Notes: generated by a model not told the origin, from the sequence alone. A stretch of DNA of 64,000 nucleotides from an uncultured delta proteobacterium (GCA_963756005.1 CAVWMC010000006.1:35567-99566), one strand, 5' to 3'. Numbered from the stretch's first letter, positions 28,885-41,370 are shown. Translations and numbers: made by a program.

Positions 28885-29964
28885 ATGCGATACTTCAAGT
28901 TCGGGGTTCTGCTTTGCGCGGCCGCGATCTTGGCAGCCATCCGGGCCGAGGCCCAGGGCGTGCCGCCCGATTTCGCCGCGAGCGCCAAGGCCCGCGTGAA
29001 CTACTATCGCGCGATGGCGAAGTTGCCGCCGATTGTCGATGACGCCGCGATCAGCGCTGGCGCGCTCAATCACGCGCGCTACCTCGTCAAGCACGGAATC
29101 GGCGGCGGCAACATCATGCTCGAAAGCGGACAACTGCATTTCCAGACTCCGCAGGACGCTTTTCGATGGGAAGACAAGGGTAAGCCGTTCTTCACCGACA
29201 ACGGCGCCGCGGCCGGTAGAAACTCCGTCGTCCTGAGCGCGAGCGAGATCAACTTGAGCGGCGCCGACCTAGTGGACCTCCTGATGACGATGCCGTTCAG
29301 CGGATTGATTCCGATGGTGCCGCAGTTTTCGGTGGCCGGACTCGGCGCGTACTGCGACCCGGGCCAATGCGCGATCGTGATCGTGTATCGGTTCGAGCTG
29401 GAGAAATCAGTGCGCATCGCGCTCTACGACGGACCCACAAGCGACCGCTTCTGGAACCCGAGCCTCGGGCTCATCCCAGCGGAGACCGGACGCTTGCGCA
29501 CGCCCGTCGAATTTCCGCCCGACGGCGCCACCATCAACCTGCAGTCGTTCGCCGGCGAAGATTACCCCGATCCGTTGTCCTCATGTCCCGGCTACAAGGC
29601 TCCGACCGGCGCTCCGATCTCGATTCAATTTGGACAGGGCTACGGCGCCGACGGCAGTCTCGAAGTGTCGTCCCCGCTAGTCACGCATGACGGCGCCGAG
29701 ATCGAAACGTGCCTGATCACCTCCGCGTCATACAGCGGCCGCGACGACGTACAAACGCGGGTCGGCAAGACCAGCCTCGCAACCCTCGGCGCGGCGGTCA
29801 TCCTGCCGCGCCAACCGCTCGCGCCCGGTAATTACAAAGTCGCGTTGAAAGAAAACGACAAGCTCGATCAGTGGAGCTTTACGGTCGCCGCGCCAACTCG
29901 TCCGCCGGCCGCAGCACCTGCCAGTCCCGCGCCTGCTAGTCGATCGCAGCCGATGACGTGGTAG
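28885..29964 (+). CDS. Secreted protein with N-terminal CAP/SCP (PR-1-like) domain
   Basis: Signal peptide MRYFKFGVLLCAAAILAAIRAEA. NYYRAMAKLPP...ALNHARYL resembles the CAP-domain core. The C-terminal roughly 200 aa is unknown with a Pro/Ala tail. Confidence 0.5.
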   Translation: MRYFKFGVLLCAAAILAAIRAEAQGVPPDFAASAKARVNYYRAMAKLPPIVDDAAISAGALNHARYLVKHGIGGGNIMLESGQLHFQTPQDAFRWEDKGKPFFTDNGAAAGRNSVVLSASEINLSGADLVDLLMTMPFSGLIPMVPQFSVAGLGAYCDPGQCAIVIVYRFELEKSVRIALYDGPTSDRFWNPSLGLIPAETGRLRTPVEFPPDGATINLQSFAGEDYPDPLSSCPGYKAPTGAPISIQFGQGYGADGSLEVSSPLVTHDGAEIETCLITSASYSGRDDVQTRVGKTSLATLGAAVILPRQPLAPGNYKVALKENDKLDQWSFTVAAPTRPPAAAPASPAPASRSQPMTW

Positions 29965-31195
29965 CCGCGGGTTCGAATCTGCGCAACGGGATCAGCAGCG
30001 CAAATGAAACCAGCGCTACTGCGAATGCGCACGCGATCGCGACGCGGTAGCTGCCGGTGCGATCGATGATCAAGCCAACAACCGGCGGGCCCACCATCGC
30101 GCCAATGCCGCCGCTGGTGTAAAGCGCGCCCAGCACCGTTCCCATCCGATTGGTGCCGAACAGATGCGCGATCACGGCGGGCGACAGCGCAACGTAGCCG
30201 CCGTAGCCCACGCCCATCACCAGTGCGAACGCGACCATCATCGGATACGAGCTCGCCTCCAGCCAGATGCCGTAGCTCAGCGCGAGCACGAGGAAGCTTG
30301 CCTGGTAGAGCCGCACCGCGCCGGCGCGATCGGCGAGATTGCCTAGGCCCATGCGTCCCGCGACGCTCGCGCCGCCGATGATTCCGACCAGCGCGGCGCT
30401 GGCGAACTCGCTCGCGCCGTGGTCACGCGCGAAGGACGGCAGATAGACGAAGGGGACGAACAGCACGATCGAAACTGCCACCGACGAAGCGTAGAGGAAG
30501 CCGAAGGCTGGACTGCGAAGCGCGTCGGCGAGACGCACGCGCGATGGCGTCACGTGCACGGGCGGACGCTCGACCACCCACGCGCATCCGAGCAGAACCA
30601 CCGTGGCGGCAATTGCAAACAGGGCGTACGTCGCGCGCCATCCAAGACGAGCGATCAACGCGGCGGCGATCGGCGCGCCGAACACCGTGCCGAATCCGAT
30701 TCCCGCCACCGCTATTCCGAGTGCTGTGTTGCGCCGCCGGATGAACCATCCGCCGACCACCGCGACCATCGGCACGTATGCGCAGGCGACACCGACGCCG
30801 ACGCCGAGTCCGTAAGTCAGGTAGCCCAGCCACAGGCGATCGATCATCGAGGTCAGCGCGAGACCGAGGCCCATGCCAATCGCGCCGGTCGCCACCACGA
30901 TTCGCGGGCCCAAGCGATCCGCTAGATGGCCGGTGAATGGACCGAGCACACACCAGACCAGCACCGTGATCGAAAATACCGCCGAGGTCGCGCTGCGCTC
31001 GGCGCCGAACTCGGCCGCCATCGGTTTGAAGAACGCGCCGAAGCTGTAAGCGACGCCATAGGTGGCGAACATCGCGACGAACGCCGCCGCCACCATCCGC
31101 CACGCGCGCGGTGAGTCGAACAACTCGAGCGGCGGGAGCGGCTCGCGCGACGCTTCCGCGTCCGGCGCGCCGGCGTCAGTGATGCTCGCCTTCAT
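29936..31195 (-). CDS. MFS transporter
   Basis: 419 aa with 12 TM helices and an MFS-type GxLaDrxGpR motif (GHLADRLGPR). The true start may be MVAAAFVAMF at about 31099. Confidence 0.85.
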   Translation of the reverse strand: MKASITDAGAPDAEASREPLPPLELFDSPRAWRMVAAAFVAMFATYGVAYSFGAFFKPMAAEFGAERSATSAVFSITVLVWCVLGPFTGHLADRLGPRIVVATGAIGMGLGLALTSMIDRLWLGYLTYGLGVGVGVACAYVPMVAVVGGWFIRRRNTALGIAVAGIGFGTVFGAPIAAALIARLGWRATYALFAIAATVVLLGCAWVVERPPVHVTPSRVRLADALRSPAFGFLYASSVAVSIVLFVPFVYLPSFARDHGASEFASAALVGIIGGASVAGRMGLGNLADRAGAVRLYQASFLVLALSYGIWLEASSYPMMVAFALVMGVGYGGYVALSPAVIAHLFGTNRMGTVLGALYTSGGIGAMVGPPVVGLIIDRTGSYRVAIACAFAVALVSFALLIPLRRFEPAATTSSAAID

Positions 31196-32066
31196 GCTCG
31201 AGCGCGATGCGCGCGGCTTTCAGTTCCTTGCGCTTGGCGGCGTCAACGACCGGGTAATGGAGATTCAACTGCTCGAGCGCGTCGATGATTGCCGCCGACA
31301 CCACCAGCCGCGTGTACCACTTATTGTCCGCCGGCACGACGTACCAGGGTGCGTGCGGCGTGGCGGTGTGCTGGATCATTTCCTCGTACGCGGTCATGTA
31401 GTCGGACCATCGCTCTCGTTCAGTGATGTCGGCGGTCGAAAATTTCCAGTTCTTGGCGGGCTGGTCGAGTCGTTTCAAAAAGCGCTTCTTCTGTTCCTCT
31501 TTCGACAGGTTGAGAAAGAACTTGCGGATAACGATACCGTTGCGCGACAGGTAGTGCTCGTACGCATTGATGTCCGCGAAACGCTCATTCCAGATATTCT
31601 TCGTGACCAGCGACGGCGGCATCCGTTCGCGCTCGAGCATCTCCTTGTGCACGCGGACGACCAGCACCTCTTCGTAGTATGAGCGGTTGAAGATGCCGAT
31701 TCGGCCGCGCTCCGGGATGCGCTTGCTGGCGCGCCACATGAAGTCGTGGTCGAGCTCTTCGGCGGACGGCTGCTTGAACGAAAAAACCTGGCATCCCTGC
31801 GGATTGACGCCGGACATCACGTGACTGATGACGCCATCCTTGCCGGCCGCGTCGATCGCCTGAAGGATTATCAGGATTGCCCATCGATCCTGCGCGTAGA
31901 GCATGTCCTGCAATTCGACCATGCGCTCGAGCCCGCGCGGCAATTCCTTTTCGGCGTGCTTTTTCGATTTGACGCCGCTGGTGTCCGCGGGATCGAAGTC
32001 CTTCAGGCGAAACTTGCGCCCGTGATCGACGCGGTAGGCTTTCGAGATATCGCTGGCGGCTGACAT
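31176..32066 (-). CDS. Polyphosphate kinase 2 (PPK2) family protein
   Basis: 296 aa from the internal Met. P-loop-like VNPQGCQVFSFKQP, FNRSYYEEVLVVRVH and KFFLNLSKEEQKKRF are PPK2 signatures. Confidence 0.85.
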   Translation of the reverse strand: MSAASDISKAYRVDHGRKFRLKDFDPADTSGVKSKKHAEKELPRGLERMVELQDMLYAQDRWAILIILQAIDAAGKDGVISHVMSGVNPQGCQVFSFKQPSAEELDHDFMWRASKRIPERGRIGIFNRSYYEEVLVVRVHKEMLERERMPPSLVTKNIWNERFADINAYEHYLSRNGIVIRKFFLNLSKEEQKKRFLKRLDQPAKNWKFSTADITERERWSDYMTAYEEMIQHTATPHAPWYVVPADNKWYTRLVVSAAIIDALEQLNLHYPVVDAAKRKELKAARIALEHEGEHH

Positions 32067-32165
32067 AGAGATGCGATCCTCCCGCTCGATCGTTACACCA
32101 CGCCGCGCTCGACAGTCGAGCGGCGCAACTTTCAATGCGCGCGCGATTTGCGCTACTCGATCAGC

Positions 32166-32642
32166 ATGAAAATTAAATTCGCTTTCCAATGCATCGTCCC
32201 TGCGATCGCACTCATGCTCGCGATCGCAAACGCGCCTGCCCTGGCGGCAACCGTGAGCTGCGATTCCTACGGCGGCGGGCGCAATACGTGCCCGGCCGAT
32301 ACGCGCAACGGCGTCGCGCTCGCGCGTCAAAACAGTTCGGCCAAATGCAAGAAAGGCGTGAGCTGGGACGTCCAGAACGACAACCGCATCTGGGTCGATC
32401 AAGGATGCCGCGGCGTGTTCACGACCGGCGTCATCTGGTCCAACGGCGGCGGCGGTCAGCGGCTGACGTGCGCGTCATACAGCAATCGCCGAACCGAATG
32501 CCCGGCCAACACCAACGGCCAGGTCAACCTGACGCGCAAATGGAGCAACGCGCCATGCATCCAGGGCACCAGTTGGGGCTACAACAACCGAATGGTCTGG
32601 GTCGATCGCGGCTGCCGCGCCGATTTCCTGTTCGGGAAGTGA
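32166..32642 (+). CDS. DUF3011-domain secreted protein (two tandem Cys-containing repeats)
   Basis: Signal peptide MKIKFAFQCIVPAIALMLAIANAPALA. The unit C-S-Y...R..CPA.T.G...R..S.A.C..G.SWG.....IWVD.GCRA.F occurs twice. Confidence 0.7.
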   Translation: MKIKFAFQCIVPAIALMLAIANAPALAATVSCDSYGGGRNTCPADTRNGVALARQNSSAKCKKGVSWDVQNDNRIWVDQGCRGVFTTGVIWSNGGGGQRLTCASYSNRRTECPANTNGQVNLTRKWSNAPCIQGTSWGYNNRMVWVDRGCRADFLFGK

Positions 32643-32643
32643 A

Positions 32644-32720
32644 TGGTGCGCCATGAGGGACTTGAACCCCCGACCTGATGATCCGTAGTCATCCGCTCTA
32701 ATCCACTGAGCTAATGGCGC
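32644..32720 (-). tRNA. tRNA-Arg (anticodon ACG)
   Basis: The reverse complement is GCGCCATTAGCTCAGTGGATTAGAGCGGATGACTACGGATCATCAGGTCGGGGGTTCAAGTCCCTCATGGCGCACCA. Acceptor GCGCCAT/ATGGCGC, anticodon loop CTACGGA, T-loop TTCAAGT and an encoded CCA. Confidence 0.85.
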
Positions 32721-32781
32721 ATCGGAACCCTAGAAATTTTCACATCGCGAGGCCGCGAGCAAGCCGGTTGGTTTGTGCTGG

Positions 32782-32822
32782 AATAAAAAGCGGGCCAGCG
32801 GGAGAAGTGTCCGCTGGCCCGC
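32782..32822 (-). terminator. Rho-independent terminator downstream of phoR (minus strand)
   Basis: A perfect 12-bp GC-rich stem gcgggccagcgg / ccgctggcccgc with a 9-nt loop, followed on the minus strand by TTTTTATT. A second 9-bp hairpin (ctgactggt...accagtcag) lies immediately adjacent at 32823-32856. Confidence 0.65.
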
Positions 32823-32910
32823 GACTGACTGGTCTGGAAGAAGGATCAAACCAGTCAGTTCTACTGTAGGTAGCTCTTTCATACAAAAATATCGCGCGTA
32901 TGTCCAGCGC

Positions 32911-34332
32911 CTAAATCGCGGATGCAGGGGTCACGTTCTGCGCCGCGGGAATCCACACCGACACCGTCGTGCCTTCATGCACCTTGCTCTCGATTCGCAG
33001 CGCGCCGTGATGCAACTGGACGATATGCTTGACGATCGCGAGGCCAAGGCCGGTGCCGCCGAGCTCGCGCGAGCGCGCGCGATCGACCCGGTAGAATCGC
33101 TCGGTCAGGCGCGGGATGTCCGCGGCGGGAATCCCCTCGCCCGTATCAACCACCACCAGCGCAACGCCCGGCTTCGCGCCGGCGCCGTTGGAATCGGCGG
33201 TTTCGCGCGCCTCGACCGTCACACGGCCTTCTCGCGGCGTGTACTTGATCGCGTTGTCGATCAAATTGAGCATCACCTGATGCAGCCGGTCGCGGTCGCC
33301 GGCCACCTTCGGCAATCCATCGGGACAATTCACCAGCAGGCGCAGGCCGCGCCGTCCCGCCTGCTCCTGCATCAGCTCGGCCGCCTCGGACAGCACGCGC
33401 GACGGCTCGAGCTGCTCGATCTTGAGCGGCGTCAGCCCGCGTTCGAGGTCCGAAAGCGAGACCAGGTCGTCGAGCAAGCGCGCGAGGCGGCGCGCCTGCC
33501 GCTCGATGATGCGGAGAAAGCGCGTCGAGGTCTCGCGATCGTCCACGCCTTGCAGCAGGGTCTCGGCGTAGCCGTACAGCGCGCTCAGCGGCGTGCGCAG
33601 CTCGTGCGTGAGATTCGAAATGAAGTCCGCGCGCAGCGTCTCGTAGGCCTTGAGCTGCGTGATGTCGTGAAAGACGAAGACCCAGGCCGCGCCGCGCGAG
33701 GTGCGAATCTGCGCGGCACTGGCGCTGACGTGAAGCGGCGCGGGATTCTGAATCATGATCTCCGCGCTCATCACTTCGTTGTCGGTCGATCGCATCGAGC
33801 GGCCGGCAAACTCCTGCAAGCGCGGGTCGCGGCACAGCTCGACGAACGGGCGCGCGCGATAGTCGGTGTCGGCGCCGAGGGCGAAGATGCGCCGGGCGGC
33901 GCCGTTGAGCAGAATCACTTCGCCGCGCGCGCCGGTCACGACCACTGCCTCGGCCATGCTGCGCAGGATCGCCTCGAACTCATCGCGCTGCTCGGCCAGC
34001 GAGTCCACGTCATCGACAATCGAGTCGGCGGCGTCGAGCAGATGACGCTCCGCCCGGCCCATCGCGTCGCTGCCGTTGGGCAGCAGATGCGGTGGCGGAC
34101 GCCTATCCTGGAGCGCGGACGCAAGCGCGTCGAGTCTCTCCGCGCGGCGCGACAGCGAGCGCGAGAGCGCGGTGGCGGGAATCGCGACGAGCGCGAGCCC
34201 GAGCACGATAACGACCACGACCAAGACCGGCGAGACCGCGCCGGTGGCGGCGAGCACGACCAGTAATGTTGCCGCCGGTGCGAGACCGATTCCTATCGCG
34301 ACGATCAGGACGGCGGTCGGTGATCTATCCAA
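32911..34332 (-). CDS. phoR: Phosphate regulon sensor histidine kinase PhoR
   Basis: 473 aa with N-terminal TM helices, a PAS-like region, the HisKA H-box (LTHELRTPLSA) and a HATPase_c domain (GTGLGLAIVKHIV). It follows phoB and phoU in a pst operon. Confidence 0.88.
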   Translation of the reverse strand: MDRSPTAVLIVAIGIGLAPAATLLVVLAATGAVSPVLVVVVIVLGLALVAIPATALSRSLSRRAERLDALASALQDRRPPPHLLPNGSDAMGRAERHLLDAADSIVDDVDSLAEQRDEFEAILRSMAEAVVVTGARGEVILLNGAARRIFALGADTDYRARPFVELCRDPRLQEFAGRSMRSTDNEVMSAEIMIQNPAPLHVSASAAQIRTSRGAAWVFVFHDITQLKAYETLRADFISNLTHELRTPLSALYGYAETLLQGVDDRETSTRFLRIIERQARRLARLLDDLVSLSDLERGLTPLKIEQLEPSRVLSEAAELMQEQAGRRGLRLLVNCPDGLPKVAGDRDRLHQVMLNLIDNAIKYTPREGRVTVEARETADSNGAGAKPGVALVVVDTGEGIPAADIPRLTERFYRVDRARSRELGGTGLGLAIVKHIVQLHHGALRIESKVHEGTTVSVWIPAAQNVTPASAI

Positions 34333-35086
34333 GCGCTTCGGGGTTGAAGCGATAGCCGACGCTTCGCACCGTGAGGATCAATTCGGGATTAGCGTCATCG
34401 CGCTCGATATGCTGGCGCAGGCGGCGCACGTGGACGTCGACGGTCCGCGGTTCGACGAACGTATCGCGTCCCCACACCATGTCGAGCAGTTGTTCGCGCG
34501 TATATACCCGCATCGGATGCTGCACGAAAAATTTGAGCAGTTCGAACTCGCGCAACGCAAGCTCCCGGCGCTGGTCTTCGACGAACACCTGGTAAGTGCC
34601 GAAATCCATCCGCAGGCGGCCCTTCTCGTACGCGCCGCCGCCGGAGTCCGGCTCTGAGAGCGGATTTGCACGGCGCAGCAGCGCCTTGACGCGCGCCACC
34701 AGCTCGCGCGGGCTGAACGGCTTGACGACGTAGTCGTCCGCGCCCATCTCGAGCCCAAGCACCTTATCGACTTCGGTGCCCTTGGCGGTCACGATCAGTA
34801 TCGGCAAATGCGTCGTTTCGCGCTCGGCGCGCATCTGGCGGCATACCTGCAACCCGGGCATCCCCGGCAGCATCAGGTCGAGCACCATCAGATCGGGCAC
34901 CCGGCGCTTGACCTTCTCGAGCGCCTGCACGCCGTCGGCCGCCTCCTCGACGATGAACCCTTCCTGCGCGAGGTTGTAGCGAATCAACTCGCGGATGTCG
35001 GCATCGTCCTCGACGAGCAGCACACGGTATCGAATTCCGCGCTGCGCCTCTGAGACCGCGCTCGTGGCCTGGCTGGTTTGATTCAT
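34325..35086 (-). CDS. phoB: Phosphate regulon response regulator PhoB (OmpR family)
   Basis: Receiver domain (VLLVEDDADIREL...DLMLPGMPG) plus an OmpR/PhoB winged helix (LTVRSVGYRF). Confidence 0.9.
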   Translation of the reverse strand: MNQTSQATSAVSEAQRGIRYRVLLVEDDADIRELIRYNLAQEGFIVEEAADGVQALEKVKRRVPDLMVLDLMLPGMPGLQVCRQMRAERETTHLPILIVTAKGTEVDKVLGLEMGADDYVVKPFSPRELVARVKALLRRANPLSEPDSGGGAYEKGRLRMDFGTYQVFVEDQRRELALREFELLKFFVQHPMRVYTREQLLDMVWGRDTFVEPRTVDVHVRRLRQHIERDDANPELILTVRSVGYRFNPEALG

Positions 35087-35111
35087 CGCTGCATCCCCTC
35101 CACCTCGTAAA

Positions 35112-35807
35112 TCAAGTTCCCCGCTTCTTGGTTTCCACGTGACGGATCATTTTGCCCTTGACCATGAACGTCACCATCTCCGCGATATTGGTCGCGTGGT
35201 CGGCGATCCGCTCGAGATACTTCGAGACGAACAGCAGCCGCGTCGCCGACGCGATCGTATGCGGATCCTCGGCCATGTAACTCAGCAGCTCGCGATAGAC
35301 CTGGTAGTTGAGCAGATCGACTTCGTCGTCGCGCGCGATCACCTGGTCGGCCAGGTCGGTGTCATCGCGCATGAAGGCGTCGATACTGTCCTTGACCATC
35401 GACTGCGCAATCTCCGCCATCCGCGGCAAATCGATGTAGGGCTTGAGCTGCGGCACTTCGTTCAGCTCGAGTGAGCGCTCGCAGATGTTGACGGCGTTGT
35501 CGCCGATTCGCTCGAGGTCAGTCGTGATCTTGAGTCCGGTGGTGATAAAGCGCAGGTCGCTGGCGGTCGGCTGATGCAGCGCGAGCAGCCGGATGCATTG
35601 CTCGTCGTTGTCGTTGTCCATCCGATTCACTTCTTCGTCGCGCTGAATCACTTCGCGCGCATGATCGCTGTCGCGATTTACCAGCGCATCGACCGCTTCC
35701 GCGATTTGGCGCTCGACCAGGCCGCCCATCTTGAGCAGACCGGCGCGCAAGCCGCGCAAATCCTCTTCGTACTGCCTGTTGGTATGCTGCGGCTGTGTAC
35801 TATCCAT
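35112..35807 (-). CDS. phoU: Phosphate signalling complex protein PhoU
   Basis: 231 aa with two PhoU repeats carrying a conserved D/E...RIGD-like motif (ERIGDNAVNICE, ERIADHATNIAE). Confidence 0.9.
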   Translation of the reverse strand: MDSTQPQHTNRQYEEDLRGLRAGLLKMGGLVERQIAEAVDALVNRDSDHAREVIQRDEEVNRMDNDNDEQCIRLLALHQPTASDLRFITTGLKITTDLERIGDNAVNICERSLELNEVPQLKPYIDLPRMAEIAQSMVKDSIDAFMRDDTDLADQVIARDDEVDLLNYQVYRELLSYMAEDPHTIASATRLLFVSKYLERIADHATNIAEMVTFMVKGKMIRHVETKKRGT

Positions 35808-35823
35808 TTTCCTTTCCCCGAGA

Positions 35824-36585
35824 TCAGCCGAATCGCCCGGTGATATAGTCTTCAGTCTCGCGCTTGGTGGGGTTCGTGAAGATCTGCTTGGTCTCGCCGT
35901 ATTCGATCAGGTCGCCGGTGTACATGAACGCGGTCATGTCGGAGCAGCGGGCGGCTTGCTGCATGTTGTGGGTCACAATGACGATAGTGTACGCCGACTT
36001 CAGTTCGAGCAGAAGTTCCTCGATGCGCGCGGTTGAAATCGGATCGAGCGCCGAGCACGGCTCGTCCATCAGCAGCACCTCGGGCTGAACCGCGAGCGCC
36101 CGCGCGACGCACAGGCGCTGCTGCTGCCCGCCGGACAAACTGCCGCCGGGACGGCGCAGGCGATCCTTGACCTCTTCCCACAGCGCCGCCTGGCGCAGGC
36201 TTCGCTCGATTACCTGGTCGCGCTCGGCGCGGCTTACCTCGACGCCGTTGAGCGTCAGCCCGGCCGCGACGTTGTCCTCGATCGACATGGTCGGGAACGG
36301 CGTCGGCTTCTGGAAGACCATCCCGATTCGCCGCCGCACCTGCACCGGATCTACTTCGTCGTCATAAATGTTATTGCCGTCGAGCAGCACCTCGCCGGTC
36401 GCGGTTGCGCCGGGCACGACCTCGTGCATCCGGTTAAGGCATCGCACCAGCGTGGACTTGCCGCATCCTGAGGGGCCGATTATCGCAGCGATTCGGTTCT
36501 CCTCGAACGACAAGCTGACGTCCTTGAGCGCGCGATTCTTGTGAAAGAATGCGCTGAGATTTTTGACGACCAGCTTTTCCGCCAT
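35824..36585 (-). CDS. pstB: Phosphate ABC transporter ATP-binding protein PstB
   Basis: Start at internal Met [34 protein letters not shown] and [11 protein letters not shown]. The PstB-specific C-terminus ([19 protein letters not shown]) is present. Confidence 0.9.
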   Translation of the reverse strand: MAEKLVVKNLSAFFHKNRALKDVSLSFEENRIAAIIGPSGCGKSTLVRCLNRMHEVVPGATATGEVLLDGNNIYDDEVDPVQVRRRIGMVFQKPTPFPTMSIEDNVAAGLTLNGVEVSRAERDQVIERSLRQAALWEEVKDRLRRPGGSLSGGQQQRLCVARALAVQPEVLLMDEPCSALDPISTARIEELLLELKSAYTIVIVTHNMQQAARCSDMTAFMYTGDLIEYGETKQIFTNPTKRETEDYITGRFG

Positions 36586-36587
36586 GG

Positions 36588-37466
36588 CTACCTTGGCGCT
36601 TTCGCCGCCCCGCCCGTCACCCATCGCACGCCCAACTCGAGCGCCAGGATTATCGCCGTCAACACCAGCGCGCCGGCCCACGCCTGCCGCTGCCAATCGG
36701 CAAACGGCGAAATCGCGTAGGTGTAAACCTGCACCGTCAGCGTATTTATCGGATGAAACAACGAGGTTGACCAGAACCGGTTGCCGAACGCCGTAAACAA
36801 CAGCGGCGCCGTCTCGCCCGACACGCGCGCGACGGCGAGAATCACGCCGGTGGTGATCCCCGACAACGCCGTGCGCGCCACCACTGACAAGGTGGTGCGC
36901 CAGTTCGGCACGCCCAGCGCCAACGACGCCTCGCGCAACTCCGGCGGCACCAGCAGCACCATCTCTTCGGTGGTGCGCGTGACCAGCGGAATCATGATCG
37001 CCGCGAGCGCGACCGACCCGGCCAGCGTCGAGAAGCCGCCGAACGGCCGCACGATCACCGCGTAGGCGAAAATTCCGACCACGATCGACGGCACGCCCAT
37101 CAGCACGTCCGCCGAGAAGCGCACCCAATTCGTAAACTGGCTCGCGCGATTCGCCGCCAGGTAGAGTCCCGCGCCGACTCCGATCGGCACTCCAATCAGG
37201 CAAGCGATTCCAACGACCTCGAGCGTGCCGACGATCGCGTTGGCCATGCCGCCGCCCTTCTCGCCGACCGGCGCGGGCATATTCGTGAAAAAAGCCCAGT
37301 TCAAACTCGCGACGCCCTTGGTGAGCAAATAGCCAAGCACCAGGAACAGCGGGATCAGCGTGACGATGGTCGCGCCGACCGTGACCGCCATCATCGCGTC
37401 GCTCTTGAACTTGCGATAGCGATAGCTGGTCTCACCGTGAAGTCCGCTCAGAACGCCGGCTGCCAT
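36588..37466 (-). CDS. pstA: Phosphate ABC transporter permease PstA
   Basis: Start at internal Met MAAGVLSG. Six TM helices. The start codon overlaps the pstC stop (TAATG). Confidence 0.88.
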   Translation of the reverse strand: MAAGVLSGLHGETSYRYRKFKSDAMMAVTVGATIVTLIPLFLVLGYLLTKGVASLNWAFFTNMPAPVGEKGGGMANAIVGTLEVVGIACLIGVPIGVGAGLYLAANRASQFTNWVRFSADVLMGVPSIVVGIFAYAVIVRPFGGFSTLAGSVALAAIMIPLVTRTTEEMVLLVPPELREASLALGVPNWRTTLSVVARTALSGITTGVILAVARVSGETAPLLFTAFGNRFWSTSLFHPINTLTVQVYTYAISPFADWQRQAWAGALVLTAIILALELGVRWVTGGAAKAPR

Positions 37467-38443
37467 TATTTGGCCCTCTCCTGGTAGCGCCGCCGCTGTA
37501 CGCCGAGCACCAGCGCGCGCGCCACCACGTTGAGCACGATTCCGAGAATCAGCAGCACCAGCCCCAGCTCGATCAGGGCGGCGACATATAGATCGGAGGT
37601 GGCTTCGGCGAATTCGTTGGCGATCACGCTGGCGAGCGTGGCCGCCGGCTTGAACAGCGATACGGAAATATCGGCCGAGTTGCCGATCACCATCGCCACC
37701 GCGATCGTCTCGCCGAGCGCGCGTCCCAGTCCGAGGATTATCGCACCTATTACGCCGGTCATCCCGTACGGAATCACCGCCGTCTTCACCATCTCCCACT
37801 TGGTCGCGCCGAGTGCGAGCGCCGCCTCGCGCTGCGTATGCGGCACGACGCGAAAGACGTCGGTGCAGACCGACGAGATATACGGGATGATCATGATCGC
37901 GAGAATTACGCCCGCCGACAGCATGCCGACCGACACCTTCGGACCCTGGAAAAACGGCAGCCAGCCGAAGTAATGCCCCAGCGGCGGCTCGACGTAGTCG
38001 CGAATCCACGGACCCATCACGAATACGGCCCACAGGCCGTACACGACGCTGGGAATTGCGGCGAGCAGATCGACCAGGAATCCCAGCCGATGGCTCAGCC
38101 AGTCGGGCGCCATTTCGCTGAGGCATAGCGCGACACCGATACTCAGCGGCACCGCGATCGCGAGCGCGATAAACGACGAAACGAAAGTCCCGTAAATAAA
38201 CGGCAGCGCGCCGTACCGGTCATTGACGGGATCCCAGTCGGTGCTGACGAAGAAATGCAGCCCGAACGCGCGAATCGCGGGAAAGCTGTCGGCAATCAGC
38301 GCAATCGCCAGACCGGCCAGCAGCGCGAGAATCGCCAGCGCAAGAATAAACGTCGCGGTATTGAAAATCCGATCGCCGAACAGACGCACATGCACCGGCG
38401 CTCGCGCGCGCTCGCGCCGCACGGTCGGAATACTGTCAGCCAT
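37466..38443 (-). CDS. pstC: Phosphate ABC transporter permease PstC
   Basis: Start at internal Met MADSIPTVRR. TM profile and permease EAA-region consistent with PstC. It is the first gene of the visible pst block; no pstS lies upstream. Confidence 0.88.
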   Translation of the reverse strand: MADSIPTVRRERARAPVHVRLFGDRIFNTATFILALAILALLAGLAIALIADSFPAIRAFGLHFFVSTDWDPVNDRYGALPFIYGTFVSSFIALAIAVPLSIGVALCLSEMAPDWLSHRLGFLVDLLAAIPSVVYGLWAVFVMGPWIRDYVEPPLGHYFGWLPFFQGPKVSVGMLSAGVILAIMIIPYISSVCTDVFRVVPHTQREAALALGATKWEMVKTAVIPYGMTGVIGAIILGLGRALGETIAVAMVIGNSADISVSLFKPAATLASVIANEFAEATSDLYVAALIELGLVLLILGIVLNVVARALVLGVQRRRYQERAK

Positions 38444-38583
38444 CGAACCTTCTAATTCGGACAAGCGATCTCTTCCTGCGGAATTTTTTAGTGCACTCAC
38501 GCCGAGCCGTCCGCGACCTCGCGACCGGACCATCCGTCCGCGTAATCATACGCATCGATTGTTGCGGGAATGTTACGGAGCCC

Positions 38584-38650
38584 GAAAATCGCGATTAACC
38601 CGCGAATCCAAGGCGAAATCCTTTGCCCGTCATCCCTCCGTCAGGATGAT
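38584..38650 (+). repeat. Degenerate partial copy (D) of the REP/MITE-like repeat, immediately upstream of the IS110 transposase start
   Basis: It shares ...ccctccgtcaggatga and a gaaaatcgcg segment with copies A and C, and contains the hairpin tcatcc-ctccgtca-ggatga. Confidence 0.4.
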
Positions 38651-38737
38651 GAGATGGACCCAGCCCGCGTTCAACGGCTTCATAATGAGCCAGCGATGGT
38701 ACGCGACCATCGAACACGAACTACGGGAGGGTCCGCT

Positions 38738-40959
<2,222 letters not shown>

Positions 40960-41370
40960 TCAGAATGCGTTCCTCAAAAGTTCAATCTCCAGCCGCTTGC
41001 CCGACGCGTCAATCGCGATGATGTCGAAGCGCATCGTGACCTCGTCCGCGCGATAGCGCGTCGCAAAGATTTCCGCCGCGCGCCGTATCTGTTTCTGCTT
41101 GCGCTCATCGACGGCTTCCTCCGGCGCACCAGCATCACGACTGCGCCGTGTCTTCACCTCGACAAACACCAGCGTATCGCCATCCATCGCAACGATATCG
41201 ATCTCTGCTCCCGCCGCGCGAAAATTCCGCGCAACGATCCGATAGCCGTTGCGCCGCAGATACTTCTCGGCCGCGCGCTCCCCGCGCCGCCCCAGCGGAA
41301 GCTGCGCCCGCAGCGCTTTCAACCATGATACCGCCCGATCAATCAAATCGCGCGGGTTCATCTTATCCAA
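40960..41370 (-). CDS. YraN-family (UPF0102) putative endonuclease
   Basis: GRRGERAAEKYLRRNGYRIVARNFRAAGAEIDIVAMDGDTLVFVEVKTR matches the YraN/UPF0102 core. The exact start is uncertain. Confidence 0.7.
   Translation of the reverse strand: MDKMNPRDLIDRAVSWLKALRAQLPLGRRGERAAEKYLRRNGYRIVARNFRAAGAEIDIVAMDGDTLVFVEVKTRRSRDAGAPEEAVDERKQKQIRRAAEIFATRYRADEVTMRFDIIAIDASGKRLEIELLRNAF

Noticed and set aside
32773-34266. 497-aa plus-strand ORF antisense to phoR.
   Set aside because: It has no domain. phoR on the minus strand has all histidine-kinase motifs.
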